Part shown: positions 55,564 through 64,000 of the stretch, piece by piece
How the letters are laid out: every line of letters starts with the position of its first letter
Position numbering within the stretch: the stretch's first letter is position 1
Source of the DNA: a virus
Virus record (IMG/VR): IMGVR_UViG_3300050498_000393
DNA: 64,000 nt
Direction: 5' to 3' (one strand)
Notes under the pieces: generated by a model
What the model was told of the DNA's origin: nothing
The model's input: the letters and a program-made list of their open reading frames with translations, nothing else
Database searches by the model: none
Program-made: the position numbers and the translations under genes

Positions 55564-58500
55564 GGCATCACCACACCTGCGTCGACGGGCGAGGGTGTGG
55601 CGGTAACCTCGATCACGTCGATCCGCGCGAGTTGTAGCGTGCGATCCGAACGCACGACGCCGTCGGGTACGATGACCGTGGCCAGCCAGCGGTCACCCTC
55701 CTCGGTGCGCACGCAGACGTATGATACGTCGGCCCACGCCAGATCGCGCAGCGATAGGTCCACCCGGTCGAGTACCGGCGGCGACACCGCCGCGGCCTGC
55801 ACGAGCAGCACCCGTTGGAACCGTTCACCTCCTCGTTCCAGCGGTCGGAACGCGACCTGGTAATCACGACCGTACATGCGCTGCAACTCCACCGTCTCCG
55901 CCTCAGGGAACGTGAATGACTCCTCGGGCGAGCGTTCCCAGACCGGAACGTATGCCAGGTTAGCCGAGCCGTCCTGTACCTCATTGGTGGTGAAGATCAA
56001 GATGTTGTCGGCGACGTCGACACCGGCCACGCCGGGCGCGGCGAGCGTGTGTGACACCTCACTCGACCACGGGCCGTAGAAGTTCAACACATCACGGATC
56101 CGTGCCCGGTAGGTAGATGTGACGCCGACGCGTGCCTCGTAGTCGCGGAACTCGGAGAGACACGGGCCGGTGAGCGCGATCGTTTCCCACACGTCACCGA
56201 TCGTGTCGAACCGTTGAATCTCGATGACGGCGTCGTTGAGTCGACGCGGCGTCACGGACAGATTGGTGACGTAGGCGGTCGGGTTGGTGTTGGTGTTGCC
56301 GGCACTGAGTATGAAGCGGAAGCCGGTGCGTCCCCACGCGAACGTCGCCTCGGTGGCCTCATCCGTCCACTGCGTGGGTTCGACTGGGCCGGTCCAAAGA
56401 CGTGCCTTCAACGCCGAACCGTACGCCTGAACGTGAACGTGTATCTCCTCGCCGGCGACGTAGTTCATGACGTTGGTCGACGAGTCAAGGGTCGTGGTGG
56501 CGCCTCCGATGATCGACGACATGATCGTGTCGATCGTGCCGTCATCGTCAAAGACGACGGACCACCGGTAGTAGTCGTTGTCCCCCCGGTCTCTAAATCG
56601 GATCTGCAGATTAAGCGGTGACACGGCCGATATCTGCGCCGGCGTGAATGTGACGAGGATATCCACGTCCCAGTGGTTGACAGGCAACATGTAGTTGCGC
56701 GCCGCCGTGTCACCGGTCGGTATAACGATGATGCCACGCGTGCCATCCGCGTGAAAATCGGCCTCGGACGTCCCGGCCAGCGGGGTCCACGCGTGTCCCG
56801 ACTCGGTCGCCGGCCAGCCAGTTACGGTCACCGTGCTGAACAGGGCACACTCCGCCTGCAGTTCAGATTCCCACGTCACGCGGTGATACCCGATGCCGGT
56901 CGGCACGCAGTTCGGCGGTAGACCGCAGTCGAGACCAATGCCGGTGACCGCCTGCGTCTGCTCGACCACCGCGAGACCGGTGATCGTCGGTGGATCCTGC
57001 GCAAAGATGAGCACGGCGTCGCTGGCCGGATCGGACGCGGTACCGGTGATCGCCGGTGACTGCCACGTCAAGGTGTCGGTGGTACCGAGCGGTGGCATGT
57101 ACGTAGCGGGGCCGAGACGTTGCGTGGACGGTACCTGCTGCTGTAGGTTACCCGGCACACCAGAGATCGCCGGTGCGGTGGCGCCAAGCACCTCCCACCG
57201 GTTACCCGATGCCTCACCGCTGGCCGACCACACCCACGTCGCCGTCTCCATGCTCACCGGCGTGACGAAGCGCAGGGTTACCTCGCGCCAACCATCGACG
57301 ATCTCGGGTAGTGCGTCGTGCTCATCAGGCGTGATCTGCACGGTCTGCCCGGCGCCCGTGATCGTTGTCGACGACAACTTAAGCGGAATGACTGTCTCAC
57401 CGAACCGACGCGAGTACCAGCGGACTTGCTGGTACGTGCCGGTGACGCCGACGGCGGCGCCGTCGATCCGCTGACTGGCAGTGATCGAGCTATACACCGG
57501 TGCCTTGGCCTGTCGACCGTAGACGTGCACGTCGGTGAGTGGACCGCCGGTGCCGGTGACGTGCACCGATAGTTGCGGTAGGATCACGAGCTCAGATTCG
57601 GTGAACGTATCGTCCTCGACCTGTGTGACGTTCACCTGCACACCGGGATGAGGTGGCAGTGCGTAGTACTGACGTGCGGCGTTGAGCGTCGGGTAGGGAC
57701 TGTTCGCGATGACACGACCCTCGAGACCACCCGTGCCGCCGGCGTCCCCGATGTCGGCCGAAGACAACACCACGACGTAGTCGTCAGGCGCGATCACCGG
57801 GTTGAGCGCGTATGCGGTATTACGTAGTGTGATGATGTTGGCGCCGAAGATGTAGTTGCGGTGTGCCGTCGTGAACCCCGACTCACCGAACGAGGTGCCG
57901 CCGTAAATGATGCGACTTTCCTCACAGTATGTCACCTCGAGTGCGACGTAACTGATGACCGTTGCCTCATTTGCGAGCGCGCTGCCGTGGTTGTAGTCCA
58001 GCGCGAACCGGGTCGTGGGGGAGGCACCGATCTCTATGTTCTGCAGGCCTTGAAATCGCCAGGGCAGACGTTCGGGTGTTCCCGCCGGCGAGTTGACATC
58101 CCAGAAGTGATCGATCTCACCGAGACGCTTACGAAAGATCTGATCCGCAATGACGAGTGTTTCGGCGAGTTCGGTGTGGCCGTATCCTACCTCACTGGTG
58201 GGAAAACTCGGCGAGATGAGAGACCAGATGCCGCGTTGACTCTCAGGTGGTATCGCTCCCGTGGACAGGGTGGCGTTAACGGCCGCGACGTAAAGCGCAT
58301 CGACACCGAGAATACGCTTACCTGCCAGTTGCTGCACGTACTGATTCGCGGCAAAGAAGAACTGTGCCTCTTCGGAGATGGCGTTGAAGCTAATGTACTT
58401 GTTATCCGAGGGATTGGCGACCGCATCAGGCCCGTTCACCGAGTTGACGACCGTGGCGCCACCCGACACAAGCACGGCGTTGCAGGGAATGATGACCTTC

Positions 58501-58751
58501 TTAATCGGCCCGGTGAGCGTCTCCTCACCGCGTCGATAGAGCGTCGCCAGGTACACCTGCCCAAGCGCACGACCTGGTGGCAATTCGTTGAGATAAAACC
58601 GCGCATCTTGCAGCGCCCAGCCCTGCGTGGTGGTGAATCCGTGACCACGTTCGACCGTGTTGACGTCGGGCGAGTACACGAGGTTCTCGTCACGAATCGG
58701 CACCCACTCCTGACCGAGGTGGAACGGGGCGTGTGGGTTGTAGTTGCCCAT
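55560..58751 (-). CDS. large minor tail / tip protein (1,063 aa)
   Basis: Starts at the TAATG junction with the tape measure. Beta-rich, as expected for a tail tip or receptor-binding complex. Confidence 0.6.
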   Translation of the reverse strand: MGNYNPHAPFHLGQEWVPIRDENLVYSPDVNTVERGHGFTTTQGWALQDARFYLNELPPGRALGQVYLATLYRRGEETLTGPIKKVIIPCNAVLVSGGATVVNSVNGPDAVANPSDNKYISFNAISEEAQFFFAANQYVQQLAGKRILGVDALYVAAVNATLSTGAIPPESQRGIWSLISPSFPTSEVGYGHTELAETLVIADQIFRKRLGEIDHFWDVNSPAGTPERLPWRFQGLQNIEIGASPTTRFALDYNHGSALANEATVISYVALEVTYCEESRIIYGGTSFGESGFTTAHRNYIFGANIITLRNTAYALNPVIAPDDYVVVLSSADIGDAGGTGGLEGRVIANSPYPTLNAARQYYALPPHPGVQVNVTQVEDDTFTESELVILPQLSVHVTGTGGPLTDVHVYGRQAKAPVYSSITASQRIDGAAVGVTGTYQQVRWYSRRFGETVIPLKLSSTTITGAGQTVQITPDEHDALPEIVDGWREVTLRFVTPVSMETATWVWSASGEASGNRWEVLGATAPAISGVPGNLQQQVPSTQRLGPATYMPPLGTTDTLTWQSPAITGTASDPASDAVLIFAQDPPTITGLAVVEQTQAVTGIGLDCGLPPNCVPTGIGYHRVTWESELQAECALFSTVTVTGWPATESGHAWTPLAGTSEADFHADGTRGIIVIPTGDTAARNYMLPVNHWDVDILVTFTPAQISAVSPLNLQIRFRDRGDNDYYRWSVVFDDDGTIDTIMSSIIGGATTTLDSSTNVMNYVAGEEIHVHVQAYGSALKARLWTGPVEPTQWTDEATEATFAWGRTGFRFILSAGNTNTNPTAYVTNLSVTPRRLNDAVIEIQRFDTIGDVWETIALTGPCLSEFRDYEARVGVTSTYRARIRDVLNFYGPWSSEVSHTLAAPGVAGVDVADNILIFTTNEVQDGSANLAYVPVWERSPEESFTFPEAETVELQRMYGRDYQVAFRPLERGGERFQRVLLVQAAAVSPPVLDRVDLSLRDLAWADVSYVCVRTEEGDRWLATVIVPDGVVRSDRTLQLARIDVIEVTATPSPVDAGVVMP

Positions 58752-61045
58752 TACGTGGTCCTCACCTGGGTTCGTACGGCGCGCGCCGCGAGCGTCGCCG
58801 CGATTCCCTCACCGACGGCTCTTCCGGCGGACAACGCCTCCTGCTCGGAAGGCGTCCCACCGACGAAATTGACCGTGACACTAACCGGTGTGTTGTGCAC
58901 GGTGTTGTTCTCATTCCCACCGATTCCGATCGGCACAAGTTGATCGAGTATGTCACGAATGCTCGGCGTCTCATCACGCATACCGACGCCGATACCCTCG
59001 ATGATGGGACGACCGATCAACTCGGCGGCGACCCTCGACGGAGACGCGATACCGAGCCCACGTCGAATGCCAGAGATGATGTTCGATACGGCACGCTTAC
59101 CGATATCAATCGCACTTGTGATCATCGACACGATGCCATTGATCATACCCTGGATTATCGCCTGACCCACCGAGTACATGCTACTGGCGAGCGATAGAAG
59201 TACCGACTTAATGCGTGCCGGCAGTGATGAGATCGCGGCTTGCGCCCGCCCGGGTGCCTGCGCAAAGAAGGCTACGACGCGGTTCCACAGGTCGGCCACG
59301 ATACTCACAACCACGGCGCGTAGTTGCTCAAACGTGGCCGCCGCACGACCAGGCAGTGATTTAATGAGCGCGAGAATCTGTGCGGGAAGCTCGGCGAAGA
59401 ACCTCGTGATACGTCCGATGCCGAAGCCGATACCGGTCGTCACCTGGTCAAAGAGAAAGACGAAGAAGTTGAGGATCATACCGGGAAGCGCGGCCAGCGC
59501 CGCTCCGATCATCCCGGGTAGCCGCTGGAACCACGTCACCGCCGCATTCACCCAGTCGCCTAACATGCGGAAGAACGCCGCGATCTCCATGCCGGCGCGG
59601 TTGAACCAACGGATAACCGCGTAGACGGCGTCGGCCAGCTTCTGGCTGAACTCGATGGTGAAGATGAGTGCGTTGACCAGATAACCGAGCGCCCGACCGG
59701 TTGCCACGATGGCGACGATGAGATCTTCGATGAACCGCTGACCCTCGACGGTGCCGAGCCACTCGGTGAACCGATCAATGATGTCGCCGAGTGTGTGTAT
59801 GAGATCACGACCTGCGTCATCCAGCGGCCCCATCAGCGCGCCGAACAGGCGGAACACCGAACCGGCGAGTCGACCGAGCTCCTTCAGCGTCGACAGTGCA
59901 TCCTCGATGAACTCGTTGAAACCCTCGCCCCGCATACCCTCCGAGAGCATCTTGGTGAACGAATTGAGTTGTCGAACGAACCCGGCCATGATGCGCTCGA
60001 GAAACGGTAGCCCGTGTTCCATCAGACCGAAGAACGTACCGAGGAACTCGATCAGTCCCGGTCCGACCTGCGTGATGATGCGTGCCGTTGACTCGAAGAC
60101 GTCGCCGATCGCCTCGAGAATGTCTGGATCGGCAAGCATCTTGCCCACGCCCGCGAACAGCGTACCGAGCGATGATGCGACGCCGGTCAGTCCGGTGCGT
60201 AACGTCGGAAGCGACTCACGAACCAGCGTCGTTAAGACACCCTTGAGCGGCCGGAAGAACGCCTCCTGCACGGCGTCCTGCAGCTCACCGAGCGGCTTGA
60301 GTAGTGCCTGAATTTCTCTGACGAACCCGCGTGCGGCGGGTGCGAGCCCACTCAGCGCCTCCTTGATCTTCTCTGGGTCCTTGGACACGACGGCCTCGAC
60401 GGCCTCACCGAGTCCTTGGAACGCGAGAATGAGTGGTGCGATCGTGGTGACGAGAAAGCCGATGCCCGCGGGCAGAACGCCGATAAGTCCAATGAGATCG
60501 CCGAGCGCACCGGCCAGGCCGAGGATCGCCGGAATCAACGCCAGAATCAGCGTTATGAGTGGTGACGGCAGTACCGTGCCGAGACCGAGTAGGTTCTGTC
60601 GTAACCGGTTGAGTGTGTCGAACACGCTCGTGCTGGTCTCGCGGATGTTGGTAATGAAGCTGCGTCCGGTGTCGCGCGCCTCGCGCTGGACGCGCCGGAG
60701 GTCGCGCACCGCGTGGTCGGCCATGTCGTCGACCGCGTGTTGCGCGACCTCGGCACCGGCGGCGATGTCGAGCGCGATGGCACGCCCCGCGTCACGTGCC
60801 TCATCCGCCACGTCGTCGAGTGACTCCGCTACCGAGTGCTCGGCCTGCTCGAACGAGCGTGAGATACTCCGTCCGGCCTCGCGAAAGTCCTCTTCGACCC
60901 GTTCGGTTGCGCGCAGTGCCTGACGCAACATCGTGCGAAAAGCGTCGTCGAGGTCGCGCCGTAGTCGTCGCTCGAAGTCCCGAAGATTCGGCTCGATCTC
61001 GACCGACGCGGAGTCGATCGGACGTCCGGCCAGCGGGGCGGTCAC
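58751..61045 (-). CDS. tape measure protein (764 aa)
   Basis: Long helical and hydrophobic repeats. Has the C-terminal GLGIASPSRVAAELIGRPIIEGIGVGM motif and follows the chaperone pair. Confidence 0.8.
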   Translation of the reverse strand: MTAPLAGRPIDSASVEIEPNLRDFERRLRRDLDDAFRTMLRQALRATERVEEDFREAGRSISRSFEQAEHSVAESLDDVADEARDAGRAIALDIAAGAEVAQHAVDDMADHAVRDLRRVQREARDTGRSFITNIRETSTSVFDTLNRLRQNLLGLGTVLPSPLITLILALIPAILGLAGALGDLIGLIGVLPAGIGFLVTTIAPLILAFQGLGEAVEAVVSKDPEKIKEALSGLAPAARGFVREIQALLKPLGELQDAVQEAFFRPLKGVLTTLVRESLPTLRTGLTGVASSLGTLFAGVGKMLADPDILEAIGDVFESTARIITQVGPGLIEFLGTFFGLMEHGLPFLERIMAGFVRQLNSFTKMLSEGMRGEGFNEFIEDALSTLKELGRLAGSVFRLFGALMGPLDDAGRDLIHTLGDIIDRFTEWLGTVEGQRFIEDLIVAIVATGRALGYLVNALIFTIEFSQKLADAVYAVIRWFNRAGMEIAAFFRMLGDWVNAAVTWFQRLPGMIGAALAALPGMILNFFVFLFDQVTTGIGFGIGRITRFFAELPAQILALIKSLPGRAAATFEQLRAVVVSIVADLWNRVVAFFAQAPGRAQAAISSLPARIKSVLLSLASSMYSVGQAIIQGMINGIVSMITSAIDIGKRAVSNIISGIRRGLGIASPSRVAAELIGRPIIEGIGVGMRDETPSIRDILDQLVPIGIGGNENNTVHNTPVSVTVNFVGGTPSEQEALSAGRAVGEGIAATLAARAVRTQVRTT

Positions 61046-61048
61046 GGC

Positions 61049-61364
61049 TTACCTACCCGGTATCTTGATCTCGGTCATGGCGGAGGTGCTGCTGCGCGCG
61101 GCCTCGAGCGCGCCGGGCCACCACGACGGCACCGGAATGCCTCGCTTATCGACCGGACGTCCGGCGACCACGGTCGTCGGCGCGTCAGTTGTGATCACCG
61201 GCGGCCCGAGTAACATCTCGTCCAGTCGTGCCAACGTCGCGCCCCTCTCCTTGTCGTCCGGTGGCACCTGCAGTCGCAGGTAGTGGTGCACCAGGTCGAG
61301 GAACCGATCGGGTGTTAGAGCGGTTGGCTCGATACCACGAGCGGCGCACCAACCGGTGAAGTGG
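61049..61364 (-). CDS. tail assembly chaperone, -1 frame extension (gpT-like)
   Basis: The -1 frame is open across the 3' end of the 61315..61773 ORF and runs to 61049, 4 nt from the tape measure start. The only slippery-like run is GGGTTTG (61358-61364), which is not in canonical register. Confidence 0.45.
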
Positions 61365-61773
61365 TGCCAAACCCGTCGTCCGGTGACCCAGCTGACGAGT
61401 CCGACGACGGCTCGGTAGGGCGGAGCCCGTACGCTCCCATCAGGTGATTGATGATGGGCATGAGTTGCAGTCGTAGGTCGATGGCGACGCGACCGTCACG
61501 CGAGTTGATACGCTCACGCATCCGGTGTGCCTCATCCTCGGGCAGCAGCACGTCAAAGATCTTAGCGATGCCCTCGACCATCGCGTCGATGTCACCGCTC
61601 TCGGGACTTAGCAACTTACTCATGTCTCGCGCCGCGCGCACCATGTCCTGCATCGCAGGAATGGGAATGATCGGGTGTGCGTGAAACACGTCCTCGTCTA
61701 CCTTGAACGGCTTACTCTTACGACTGATCGAAAAATCAACGATATCGATCTCATCGATGTGTTCGTCCGTCAC
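61315..61773 (-). CDS. tail assembly chaperone (gpG-like, 152 aa)
   Basis: Acidic small protein immediately upstream of the tape measure. GTG with an ACGGAGGG SD. Confidence 0.65.
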   Translation of the reverse strand: MTDEHIDEIDIVDFSISRKSKPFKVDEDVFHAHPIIPIPAMQDMVRAARDMSKLLSPESGDIDAMVEGIAKIFDVLLPEDEAHRMRERINSRDGRVAIDLRLQLMPIINHLMGAYGLRPTEPSSDSSAGSPDDGFGTTSPVGAPLVVSSQPL

Positions 61774-61842
61774 GTCGGCCCTCCGTGTGTTGTGTCCTAG
61801 TGCGACGGTACAACGCCCGACGGAGATATCGACCCCGCGCTA

Positions 61843-62274
61843 TCAATCCTTAGCCGCGATCAGGGCATCGGCGAGGAACGGATTGGGCTTCATACCCTTA
61901 ACAGATTTCACGATGACCGTCTTCGAGCCGACCTTGAAGCGTAACGCCCGACGAGATGTCGGTACGATTCGTGCCCGGTGTGGCCCGTAGATGCCCGTGC
62001 CACCGTGGATCCAGCGGGCGCGTCGATCCACCGTGCCGATCCGCACGCGCGGCTGACCGCCGACGTAGAACAGCGTGACTAAAACGCTGGACCGGAACTT
62101 ACCCGTGTCAACCCGCTTCGGATGGCGAGCGTCCGTACCCGAGAGCAGCACGCGTGCCCGGTTCTGCACCTTGACACCTCGACGTAGCAGATCCTTGACG
62201 ACGCCGCCACGCGGGTTGGTCAACAGCGCGTGAAGTGCGTTCTGATTGATCTTATGCGTGACACTAACGGGCAC
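61843..62274 (-). CDS. HK97 gp10-like neck / tail-completion protein (143 aa)
   Basis: ...RVDTGKFRSSV..VRIGT....WIHGGTG...KPNPFLADAL pattern. GTG at 62274, 5 nt after the upstream stop. Confidence 0.6.
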   Translation of the reverse strand: MPVSVTHKINQNALHALLTNPRGGVVKDLLRRGVKVQNRARVLLSGTDARHPKRVDTGKFRSSVLVTLFYVGGQPRVRIGTVDRRARWIHGGTGIYGPHRARIVPTSRRALRFKVGSKTVIVKSVKGMKPNPFLADALIAAKD

Positions 62275-62278
62275 GGCG

Positions 62279-62824
62279 TCACCCGCAGCAGTTGAAGGCG
62301 TTGTGCAAACCGAACTGGTACGACATCTGCAGTCCGCCGCAGGCACCGCTGGGTCCGACACGCGTCACCGCGCCGACCTCGAAGTTCGTGATCCGTGACG
62401 GTCGCTCGCGCCGGTACCCGGCGAGACAACACAGCGCACCCTTCCGCAACGCGTACGCGTCGTGTGCCTGGTTCACGGCCGACTCGACCAACTTAGCCGG
62501 TGTCGGCGGGACACCCGCGTCGGAGGACACCGGTACGCACCGAATGAGGTGCACCTGCACGGATACCACGACCAGCGGCGGGCCGCAGTTGCCGCGCGGC
62601 GTACCCGACGTCTGCGCCGCGAACGTGTCGGCCGGGAACTCAGAGATGATCGACTGCGCGAGCAGTCCGCAGTCACACGCATCCCACGCCACGTCGCCGG
62701 GCTGCATCGCCACGTACCGGCGCACGTCGCCGGCCGGCGTTGCCTGCACCTCGGTACGGATGCACGCGCCGACGCCGGTCACCACCTGGATGACGTTCAG
62801 CGGGACCCAAAACGACGTCGTCAC
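62279..62824 (-). CDS. head-tail connector component (181 aa, Cys-rich)
   Basis: GTGA overlap with the upstream gene. Position in the neck module. Confidence 0.5.
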   Translation of the reverse strand: MTTSFWVPLNVIQVVTGVGACIRTEVQATPAGDVRRYVAMQPGDVAWDACDCGLLAQSIISEFPADTFAAQTSGTPRGNCGPPLVVVSVQVHLIRCVPVSSDAGVPPTPAKLVESAVNQAHDAYALRKGALCCLAGYRRERPSRITNFEVGAVTRVGPSGACGGLQMSYQFGLHNAFNCCG

Positions 62825-63933
62825 GTATTCACACGCCGATGGAACATCTGCTCAACATCGTAGACCTGGCCACGACGCTCGCGTCGGTGAGGGTTGACCG
62901 TGTCGATGAACAGGTCGCTGAAGTAGCCGAGACTGAGCCCGGCCAGCGCATCGGCTAGGTTACGTAGCTCCATCGTCACACCTTGCCGGGTAAGTGTCGT
63001 CACGTTGCGCGGTAAGACGCACTCCTCGCCGACGCACGCCTTCGCCAGCTCGGCGGTAAGCTCACCGACGGCCAGTCGGCCGAGTTGCGGTACCTCCTCA
63101 CCGTACGACGCGGTGACGGACCACGTGCCGACCTCGGTGTCGAGCTTCGTGAGATCATTGCAGGCGGGCCACTCGTTACCACCCGTGCGCACCAGTAACC
63201 GCGAGTTCTGTAGGGACCACCCGCTGGCCGGAACGCTGACGCCGTCGATCTTCACCTCGATGATCTGACTCACCGGCGCCGGCAGTAAGACTTGACTCAA
63301 CGCCGTGCATGAGCACGAGTCGGAGCAGACGCCACACGTCGCGTTGAACCACGCACCGGCCCACCAGTACGGACGCGGACCACCGCCACCGCCGTAACTC
63401 CACTCCCACCACGTGGTACCGATGCCGGGCGGCCAAATGTCCCCAGAGCACGACTTCCGACACGGCCGTAGGGTTACCGTACAGAACCCGAAACGACGTC
63501 CAGAGCGGGCGTCGAGCACCTCGGTGGCAACCTCTAGCATCGTGCCGGTGACCGTGGCGGCCGCCGCGGACAACTCGACGCACGTGAAGATCGGATCCCA
63601 AGGTGCACACGGCCCGGTACCGACGTCCGTCTCGGTCGTCAACACGTGCAGCAACTCACTGGCCTGCACCGGTTCACCGTCGGGATCCGTGCCGTTCCAA
63701 ACGGCGAGGTAGTCACCGACGGGTAGACTCGGCGACGTATCCCACGGGTACGTGTTGATGCCGGTGGCCGGGTTAGCGACGCCGACGGTGGTCGGCCCAA
63801 CGATCACCGGTGATCCGTCAACCTCCTCTACCGTGATGCCGACACCGGTGACGTTGACCGCCGGTCCACCCGGGAACTCGAACCACTCCACGACCAGCGT
63901 GACGGTGGTGCCGCGTACCACGTTCGTCGTCAC
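62821..63933 (-). CDS. head-to-tail adaptor-like structural protein with N-terminal Ig-like domain (370 aa)
   Basis: Beta-rich N-terminus, then a Cys/Trp-rich core (CAPWDPIFTC..TLRPCRKSC..WWEW..CGVCSDSCSC). GTG with a TAGGAGG SD. Confidence 0.5.
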   Translation of the reverse strand: MTTNVVRGTTVTLVVEWFEFPGGPAVNVTGVGITVEEVDGSPVIVGPTTVGVANPATGINTYPWDTSPSLPVGDYLAVWNGTDPDGEPVQASELLHVLTTETDVGTGPCAPWDPIFTCVELSAAAATVTGTMLEVATEVLDARSGRRFGFCTVTLRPCRKSCSGDIWPPGIGTTWWEWSYGGGGGPRPYWWAGAWFNATCGVCSDSCSCTALSQVLLPAPVSQIIEVKIDGVSVPASGWSLQNSRLLVRTGGNEWPACNDLTKLDTEVGTWSVTASYGEEVPQLGRLAVGELTAELAKACVGEECVLPRNVTTLTRQGVTMELRNLADALAGLSLGYFSDLFIDTVNPHRRERRGQVYDVEQMFHRRVNT

Positions 63934-63941
63934 GGCGCCTC

Positions 63942-64000
63942 CTAAGTCAGCGGGAACGTGAGGCCGTCGAGGTTGACTCTACCCCCGGAGACCAGTGCCG
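63942..64000 (-). CDS. partial CDS, 3' end only (starts beyond window end)
   Basis: Open high-GC3 frame ...ALVSGGRVNLDGLTFPLT ending at the TAG (63942-63944), just upstream of the adaptor SD. Confidence 0.4.
   Translation of the reverse strand, partial: ALVSGGRVNLDGLTFPLT

Noticed and set aside
61185-61370. +1 frame as the tail-chaperone frameshift product.
   Set aside because: The translation is Arg-rich junk and terminates 140 nt before the tape measure. The -1 frame is protein-like and ends 4 nt from the tape measure start.
1-64000. Integrase, attP, immunity repressor, or toxin-antitoxin / restriction-modification defence islands.
   Set aside because: No tyrosine or serine recombinase motifs, CI-like repressor or partition genes were recognised in any frame. 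The C5-MTase-like gene has no adjacent endonuclease candidate.

Overview
By inspection this window is most or all of a high-GC, apparently lytic actinobacteriophage genome. I recognised no host genes, integrase or repressor. No similarity search was possible, so all functional calls rest on motifs read from the translations, gene order and start/stop context. The supplied ORF track lists many mirror-strand ORFs typical of high-GC DNA, and I rejected these. It also omits ORFs under 60 aa, several of which I recovered by hand.

The genome has three transcription blocks.
- Block 1 (1-23642, minus strand): a CxxHGG DNA-binding protein (possible small terminase), an array of 11 tiny membrane-protein ORFs, TerL, and a ~4.6-kb island of small genes with a structured non-coding region. 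These are followed by the portal, a 1,920-aa MuF fusion protein, a 2H phosphoesterase, a protease and capsid genes.
- Block 2: an AT-rich GTTAC-repeat region (23654-23941), a minus-strand prim-pol/helicase (23932-26334), then a plus-strand block (26438-50149). The plus block holds early genes, nucleotide metabolism, PolA, recombination genes, a sugar-nucleotide/glycosyltransferase cluster, an NTP pyrophosphatase, a C5-methyltransferase-like gene, a lysis cassette, WhiB and a dehydratase.
- Block 3 (50131-64000, minus strand): neck genes, a tail chaperone pair, the tape measure, minor tail proteins, then four glycosyltransferases plus a methyltransferase.

Most interesting candidates:
- A packaged multi-enzyme MuF effector with two ADP-ribosyltransferase domains, a kinase-like domain and a Nudix domain, with a translationally abutting 2H phosphoesterase.
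- A T4-like but unusual DNA hypermodification gene set. It comprises a ThyA paralogue with the Asn-to-Asp cytosine-specificity switch, a dNMP-kinase/UDG-fold fusion, a dCMP deaminase, an all-alpha NTP pyrophosphatase, a C5-MTase-like enzyme, and a GT-B-like transferase next to a private sugar-activation pathway.
- A virion-glycosylation-type cluster.
- Two tRNA-like RNA elements.
- A phage-wide promoter/leader motif family, including several leaderless genes.
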